Origin: Candidatus Latescibacterota bacterium
GTDB taxonomy: Bacteria > Latescibacterota > UBA2968 > GCA-2709665
Assembly: GCA_965116875.1 (NCBI GenBank)
Contig: OZ220733.1
Span: 1,984,001-2,048,000, forward strand
DNA length: 64,000 bases
Direction: 5' to 3'
Shown here piece after piece: positions 58,908 through 64,000 of this stretch. The position numbers and the translations under genes were made by a program. Position 1 is the first letter of the stretch, and each line of letters starts with the position of its first letter. The notes under the pieces are model-generated. The model worked only from the letters and a program-made list of their open reading frames with translations. It searched no databases and was not told where the DNA came from.

Positions 58908-59371
58908 GAAATATCGAATCGTAATTTTCACTTCATTATACTGTGGGGACCGTTAGCCTATGCTATGAGCCTGTCTCAGAACCCCAATTTTGGCCCATCG
59001 ACATACTATATAGAGCACAACTCCCTTTTTAATACAATATATAGTAGGCCATAAAATGATGGCATAGGTATTCCGGCAGGCGCCTAGGCATATCACATAC
59101 CCTGTTTCAGACGACCTGATAGAAAGAGTGCTCCAAATCTTAGAAGTGTCTTGGCGGCGTGTTGCCCAAGAATTCGACGCTCAGCGTCCTGATCGGAAAA
59201 GTAATACTCAGTAGACATATAAATCCTCCAGTTGAGGGTTTTCTCAAATATCCGATGGTTCTGTACGACTATGTGGTTTAATTCGTCAGGAGCCATACGG
59301 AACTTGTCAGCTTTCAGATAAAGGTCGTGTAAAGCGGAAGGCGGAAGCTGGAGAATACAAAAGGATATAAT

Positions 59372-60292
59372 TTGATGGAAAAAAGATTCAGTCTAACATT
59401 CGAAATTGAGAATGAGCAAGATAATTCTGTAAAAGGGCTTGATGTGGCAAATGCCATCGTGAATTTAAACGCGATAATTCAAGAAACTGCTGGCGTGGCA
59501 TCAAATAAACAAGCTAAGACTACATTAAAAATCGAGGCATTCAAACCAGGTAGTTTAGACGTCGATCTACTGATTGTTTTTATGGAATATGGTGAATTAT
59601 TCCTGAGACATAGTGGGGAATTATTAGAAATGGTTTCTAATAAAACCGTCCATGCATTAGACTTGGTTCGCGATAATCTAACCCAACAGAGAATTAAGGG
59701 GATCTTTAATCTTTTATCTGAGCTACGTTCACGAAAACCAACTAGGATTTCACAAGATAAGGAAGGTAATGCAAGATTTCATGTTGGAAATGAAACGATA
59801 ACAACTGAGTCAATAGTTAAGGACATATTTGAAAATGAAAAAATAAGAACCGCCATAGAGAACTTAACCAAAATCTCAGAAGCTGAAAATATCTCGTCAA
59901 TTAAGATTAATAAAACAGACAATAGTCAATTTTCCTGCAGATTTGAAAAAAGCGACATCGTACATTATCAATACGTTAAGGATACCCCTATTGTTGATAC
60001 AACTAAAAATGAGGATATATGGGGTATGGAAGTGATCAGTCCTTCCTTTGGACAATATGCTTGGCGAGTGCTGCATCAAGGCCAAAGTTATCAAATTCGT
60101 GTCCTTGACGAAAAATTCAAAGAAAAAATAAGAAACAGAGATATTAAATTTGGAAACGGTGATCAGATAAAGGCGCTAGTTCGCAGAACTGGTGAGACTC
60201 GGACTGGCGGGAACCCACAGTACGGTATTGTTGAAGTAATTGACTATAATCCGGCACCAGACCAAACAGAGTTAGGACTTGATCTGTCATAG
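59372..60292 (+). CDS. AT-rich hypothetical protein of a phage/MGE-associated type
   Basis: 306-aa ORF in strongly AT-rich DNA; LKIEAFKPGS and FGNGDQIK patterns. Confidence 0.6.
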   Translation: MMEKRFSLTFEIENEQDNSVKGLDVANAIVNLNAIIQETAGVASNKQAKTTLKIEAFKPGSLDVDLLIVFMEYGELFLRHSGELLEMVSNKTVHALDLVRDNLTQQRIKGIFNLLSELRSRKPTRISQDKEGNARFHVGNETITTESIVKDIFENEKIRTAIENLTKISEAENISSIKINKTDNSQFSCRFEKSDIVHYQYVKDTPIVDTTKNEDIWGMEVISPSFGQYAWRVLHQGQSYQIRVLDEKFKEKIRNRDIKFGNGDQIKALVRRTGETRTGGNPQYGIVEVIDYNPAPDQTELGLDLS

Positions 60293-60527
60293 ATTCGAAA
60301 AAACACAGAATAAGGCTAACTGCTTTTGCGCGGTTCACTCTACAACACGACAACACACCCCTGGGATACCTCGTAGCCCAAGGGTTTTGATCGATATCTC
60401 ATAAAGCGTTTGTATTGCCTAAACCCTGTACGTTAGGCCTGAATCCCGGAAAACTTGCCACGGATCGTCCAAGTCACGCGACCGATGATCGGCATATTGG
60501 AGCCACTTAGAAATGGCGATTTTGGGG

Positions 60528-60564
60528 TTTCGGACGTGGGTTCGATTCGCGCCGTCTCGACCAG
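60528..60564 (+). repeat. Degenerate copy of the tmRNA 3' end (attR-like)
   Basis: TTTCGGACGTGGGTTCGATTCGCGCCGTCTCGACCAG vs TTTCGGACGCGGGTTCGATTCCCGCCGCCTCCACCAG, 33/37. Confidence 0.8.
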
Positions 60565-60790
60565 TTGACGCTATTTTTCGTTTTCCACAATTCCCCCTGT
60601 TAGCCAAGATACTTTGGAACAAGGGGTTTTTCATTTTTGTGGCGTGCATACCACTTGGTTTATCGAATTTCTATCTATATAGCGACGCTCACCACGCCGC
60701 GGACACGTGCTCTCTTTGCGCCGTGTTTCGGCAGCAGATGATGGAGCAAGCCTCAATCGTCCTCGACAGCGGGGATTAAGCCGTGGGTGA

Positions 60791-61409
60791 ATGCAAGCCC
60801 AATCGAACGGCTCCGGACCAGAGTACGCACGAGTCCCAGTTGGGGTGCCGGCCGGAGAGTTTGCGGGGCTGGCGATCACGCTGCTGGCGATTTTCGGCAT
60901 TGGTACTCGTTACTGCCTCCGAAGCGACCTCAACGTCATCCATCGTCTGCTGAGTCTGTTTTTCGCGAGCAATCTGGCATTTTGCTATTGGGAGATCTGT
61001 CTGTTCCTGAGGCGGGACCTGATCGAAACGCGCGCCGGGTATTGACGCAACCGGCGGCGTGAAACCTGCCGAACGCCTCCCGTCGAGTTCCTCTGCGCCA
61101 ATGTGCCGTTCAGACGGTTTCGTGACGCCGGTTCCCACGCTGATCCTTTAGGCTGCCTGTACCGTCGATTTCATGCCGGCCGTATTTGCCGGCATTTTCG
61201 GGCTCGTACTGTCGTGACAGTGGGCCTACGTGACCTTGGTCTACTGGGTCAGTTTTTTCGTGGCCCGGCGGCAGCGTCACATCACCAGGGGCGAGTTGTA
61301 CGTCTACATTGGCGCATTGAATGCCCCATGGGTGCTTTTCGCGTTACTGGGAGTGTACGTATCCGGTCACCTGATCCTGGATTGGAGCTACAGCGTTCTG
61401 GGTTATTGA
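60791..61409 (+). pseudogene. Decayed membrane-protein gene
   Basis: ...CYWEICLFLRRDLIETRAGY*RNRR..., frameshift, then FVTPVPTLIL*AAC...LVLS*QWAYVTLVYWVSFF...NAPWVLF...SYSVLGY*. Confidence 0.7.
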
Positions 61410-61613
61410 AAGGCGCTCTGCGCAGGCGTTTGTGAAAAGCCACGGAAAAAAAGATCCTGAGGTACGATTAGAGTCCGGACGGTGCGCTGTCCGGGCTCTA
61501 ATCATTTGCGTTTTTTTGAACTCATGGCGCATGGTCTGTGTCTTTTGGGAAGGAAGGTCTATGGATATCAGCCTCAGTTAAATGTCCACGACGCAAAAAT
61601 TGAAGGTCTTGCA

Positions 61614-63932
61614 ATGCCATCTCTGATAGTTCGTCAGGTGGGGCGTTACCGTGCAGCATTGAGTTCTTTGGTGTTGGTTGTACTCTGCATTGGATTCGTT
61701 CTCACAGGGCCGAGTGACGCCGGTGATACTCAGCTTGCGGAAAGGCTCTATGAGACGGCGATGGAGCAGGCCGGTCGCGTTTCTGCTAAGGAGAATATTA
61801 AAGCCTTCCAGCGAGTCTTGACGGTGGACCGGGACTTTGCGCCTGCCCACTACGAAATCGCGAAGCTGTATATGTCCCTTGACACGCCGATGGACCGTCA
61901 GAGCGCCCGGAAGGCGCTGGACGAGGCGATTCGGCTGGATCCAGGCAACGGGGACTATCAATTGAAGCTTGGTGAGTTACTCGGTAAGCAGGGGCTATGG
62001 TTGAATGCCGAACGTCATTATGAAAAGGTATGTGAGACCCATCCCGAAAAGTTTTCCGAGGCAGCCTATATGGTAGGTTTTTTTGCCATGCAGGCGTTCC
62101 TGAAGTATATCGATATGGAGCATATAGATATCATCAGTGGAGGGGGGCCACCTACATATCACCTGTTTCGTTGGGAAGAATTCGGTGCGCGCGATCGGGA
62201 AAAAGCACTGGCATTCTTAACCAAAAGCATAGAGTCCGATCCTCGAATTCGAGCCGCGTATTTCGATTTAGGACTGATACATTTCGAAAGCAGAAACCCC
62301 AAAGGATTGCTGATGGCATCAAAGCTATGCCTGGATCAGTATCCCGAGGATAAGGACGCGCTGCTTTATTGCGGCCTGGGACATCAGGAAATTGGCGAAG
62401 AGGATGTTGCCTACACCTACTATACCCGTGCCCTGGAGCGAATGTCGGCGCAGGAACGCGCGTTAATGGAGTCGGTGGACCTGATTGCAAGCCAGAAGGA
62501 ACAAACGGCGCTTGATTCGATTGCGACAACCGATACGACCCGAACCGGATGGACGGATGACACTGAGCGGGTGCGGTTCTGGCGGAAGCGCGATCCTCTT
62601 TATCTGACGGCATTCAGCGAGCGGCGGATGGAACACTACGGGCGCGTGGCGTATGCCAATCTTCGATACGGGCAGCGATTGAAGGGCATACCGGGGTGGC
62701 AAACGGACCGTGGGAAAGCACATATCAAATTCGGGCGGTATCTCAGCAAAACGGCAACTCGGCTGGAGCTGCCAGGCGGTGTCGATGGGTTAAGCACCGG
62801 GATTAGCAGAGTCGTTCAGGGTGGGAATGAGGAGTGGTTCTATAGTGGATTTTCGATTTCGTTTGTCAACAGCGACGGGCTGGATTCGTGGCGTTTCGAC
62901 ACCCGTCCGGGTCGCGTATCGGCTCGATATACGTTCGATCATCAACCGACTCATTATCTGGACCCGTTCCGTCTCAGCAAGTATAGAGTCCCATACCAGG
63001 TTGCAAGTTTCAAGGACGGCGACACGTACCGTGTGGAACTGGCGTATGCGCTGCACAAATACAATGTGTCTGCTACCCATGCCGACGATGACTTTGTCCT
63101 GGAAAACGGGGTGTTTCTGTTTGACGAGCAGTGGGACGAGGTGTATCAGAAGCGTTCCGATCTCAACCTTAGTTGGCCTGAGTTAACGTCCAGCGGATAT
63201 CCCGTTGCGGACAGCCTGCGCAATAGCCATCTGGTGTTTCAGCTGGCATTCAAAGTGCCGGCCGGGACGTACCATCTGGTGGGCGAGGTGCGGGACAAAG
63301 AGAAGGGGTCGATCGGGACGTTCGGTGAGGAGCGTGGCGTTGCGACTGCAGATTCTTCCTTGTCGATGAGCGATCTGCTGTTGGCTACGCAGATTGAGAC
63401 GGGGACGGCGTTTCCGGAGAGAAGGAGTCACCTCAACGTTGTGGCGAATCCACTGCGGACCTACCATCATTCTGAACCTGCGTTCATCTACCTGGAAGTG
63501 TATAACCTGAAGCGAGATGAGTACGGACGCACGGAATATGAGATCTCCTATCGTATCGGCAGGCCTGGAGAGGACGAAATCGATCCGTACCTGTTCCTGG
63601 CGCAGCGGTTGCCGGAGAATGGCAAGTCATCGGGTGCGGCACAGGTGAGTGTGACGCGGAACGAAAGGCTGGAGGTCACGGAGGTGAAAGAGGTACGGGA
63701 GCCTGGAGACGATGAAGAGGCCAGGCGGATCAAAGAAAAGGCACGAAGCCAAGAGGGGTTGGAGACGACGGTAACGAGCCGTTATGAGGGAGATCGCGAG
63801 GACGATTTCACGTATTTGCAGATCGACCTGGACCACGTCCCTGTGGGTGTGCATCGATTAACGGTGCGTGTCAAGGACGTGCATACCGGACAAACCGCGG
63901 CGCGCGAAGAGTTGTTCCGCGTGATCGAGTGA
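61614..63932 (+). CDS. TPR + GWxTD domain protein
   Basis: Signal peptide; TPRs; FWRKRDPLYLT..SERRMEHYGRVAYAN...GWQTDRGKAHIKFG; MSDLLLA; IYLEVYNL. Confidence 0.9.
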   Translation: MPSLIVRQVGRYRAALSSLVLVVLCIGFVLTGPSDAGDTQLAERLYETAMEQAGRVSAKENIKAFQRVLTVDRDFAPAHYEIAKLYMSLDTPMDRQSARKALDEAIRLDPGNGDYQLKLGELLGKQGLWLNAERHYEKVCETHPEKFSEAAYMVGFFAMQAFLKYIDMEHIDIISGGGPPTYHLFRWEEFGARDREKALAFLTKSIESDPRIRAAYFDLGLIHFESRNPKGLLMASKLCLDQYPEDKDALLYCGLGHQEIGEEDVAYTYYTRALERMSAQERALMESVDLIASQKEQTALDSIATTDTTRTGWTDDTERVRFWRKRDPLYLTAFSERRMEHYGRVAYANLRYGQRLKGIPGWQTDRGKAHIKFGRYLSKTATRLELPGGVDGLSTGISRVVQGGNEEWFYSGFSISFVNSDGLDSWRFDTRPGRVSARYTFDHQPTHYLDPFRLSKYRVPYQVASFKDGDTYRVELAYALHKYNVSATHADDDFVLENGVFLFDEQWDEVYQKRSDLNLSWPELTSSGYPVADSLRNSHLVFQLAFKVPAGTYHLVGEVRDKEKGSIGTFGEERGVATADSSLSMSDLLLATQIETGTAFPERRSHLNVVANPLRTYHHSEPAFIYLEVYNLKRDEYGRTEYEISYRIGRPGEDEIDPYLFLAQRLPENGKSSGAAQVSVTRNERLEVTEVKEVREPGDDEEARRIKEKARSQEGLETTVTSRYEGDREDDFTYLQIDLDHVPVGVHRLTVRVKDVHTGQTAAREELFRVIE

Positions 63933-64000
63933 ACTGGTTGACGTTGCGGATGTACTCGACGGAGCAGATGCAGCAAAATCAGCATCAGCACAGATGCGTG

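Larger units (their letters stand above)
34560..60564. mobile_element. Putative tmRNA-integrated genomic island (no integrase seen)
   Basis: Direct repeat of the ssrA 3' end (34524-34560 vs 60528-60564, 33/37); lower-GC cargo; defence gene remnant. Confidence 0.6.

Noticed and set aside
60528-60564. Possible tRNA gene (GGTTCGATTC T-loop)
   Set aside because: No D-arm, anticodon arm or matching 5' acceptor strand; it matches the tmRNA 3' end instead.
1-64000. CRISPR array, rRNA, tRNA, transposase or integrase genes
   Set aside because: No regularly spaced repeat-spacer units or recognisable motifs were found by eye.

Overview
High-GC bacterial chromosome segment. The GWxTD proteins, sulfatase, FG-GAP protein and dockerin-like DFDxNGxVEFxDF domain suggest a Latescibacterota/Gemmatimonadota-like lineage (inference only). 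The first ~34 kb holds metabolic and housekeeping genes (gltA, msrA, lpxH, glpK, ilvD, sulfatase, oxidoreductases, TonB receptor plus DUF4249-like lipoprotein), three intact type II toxin-antitoxin pairs and several REP-like and heptamer repeats. A complete tmRNA gene (34200-34559) is followed 26 kb later by a degenerate direct copy of its 3' end (60528-60564), which delimits a probable integrase-less genomic island. The island carries an orphan AbiEi antitoxin, a GT2 glycosyltransferase, a lone peptide-binding protein and a 1623-aa Ser/Thr kinase-STAND-TPR-GAF-sigma54 activator. Downstream of the activator is a sigma54 promoter (UAS + IHF + -24/-12) and a lower-GC operon: a 64-aa leader-bearing peptide, an RRE-radical SAM-SPASM maturase, a CxxC/FMN-binding protein, a CxxC redoxin, a secreted 8-Cys acidic peptide, a beta-propeller lipoprotein and ApbE. 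This putative RiPP pathway coupled to extracytoplasmic flavinylation and thiol redox is the best candidate for an undescribed system. All family assignments come from motif recognition by eye, not database searches.
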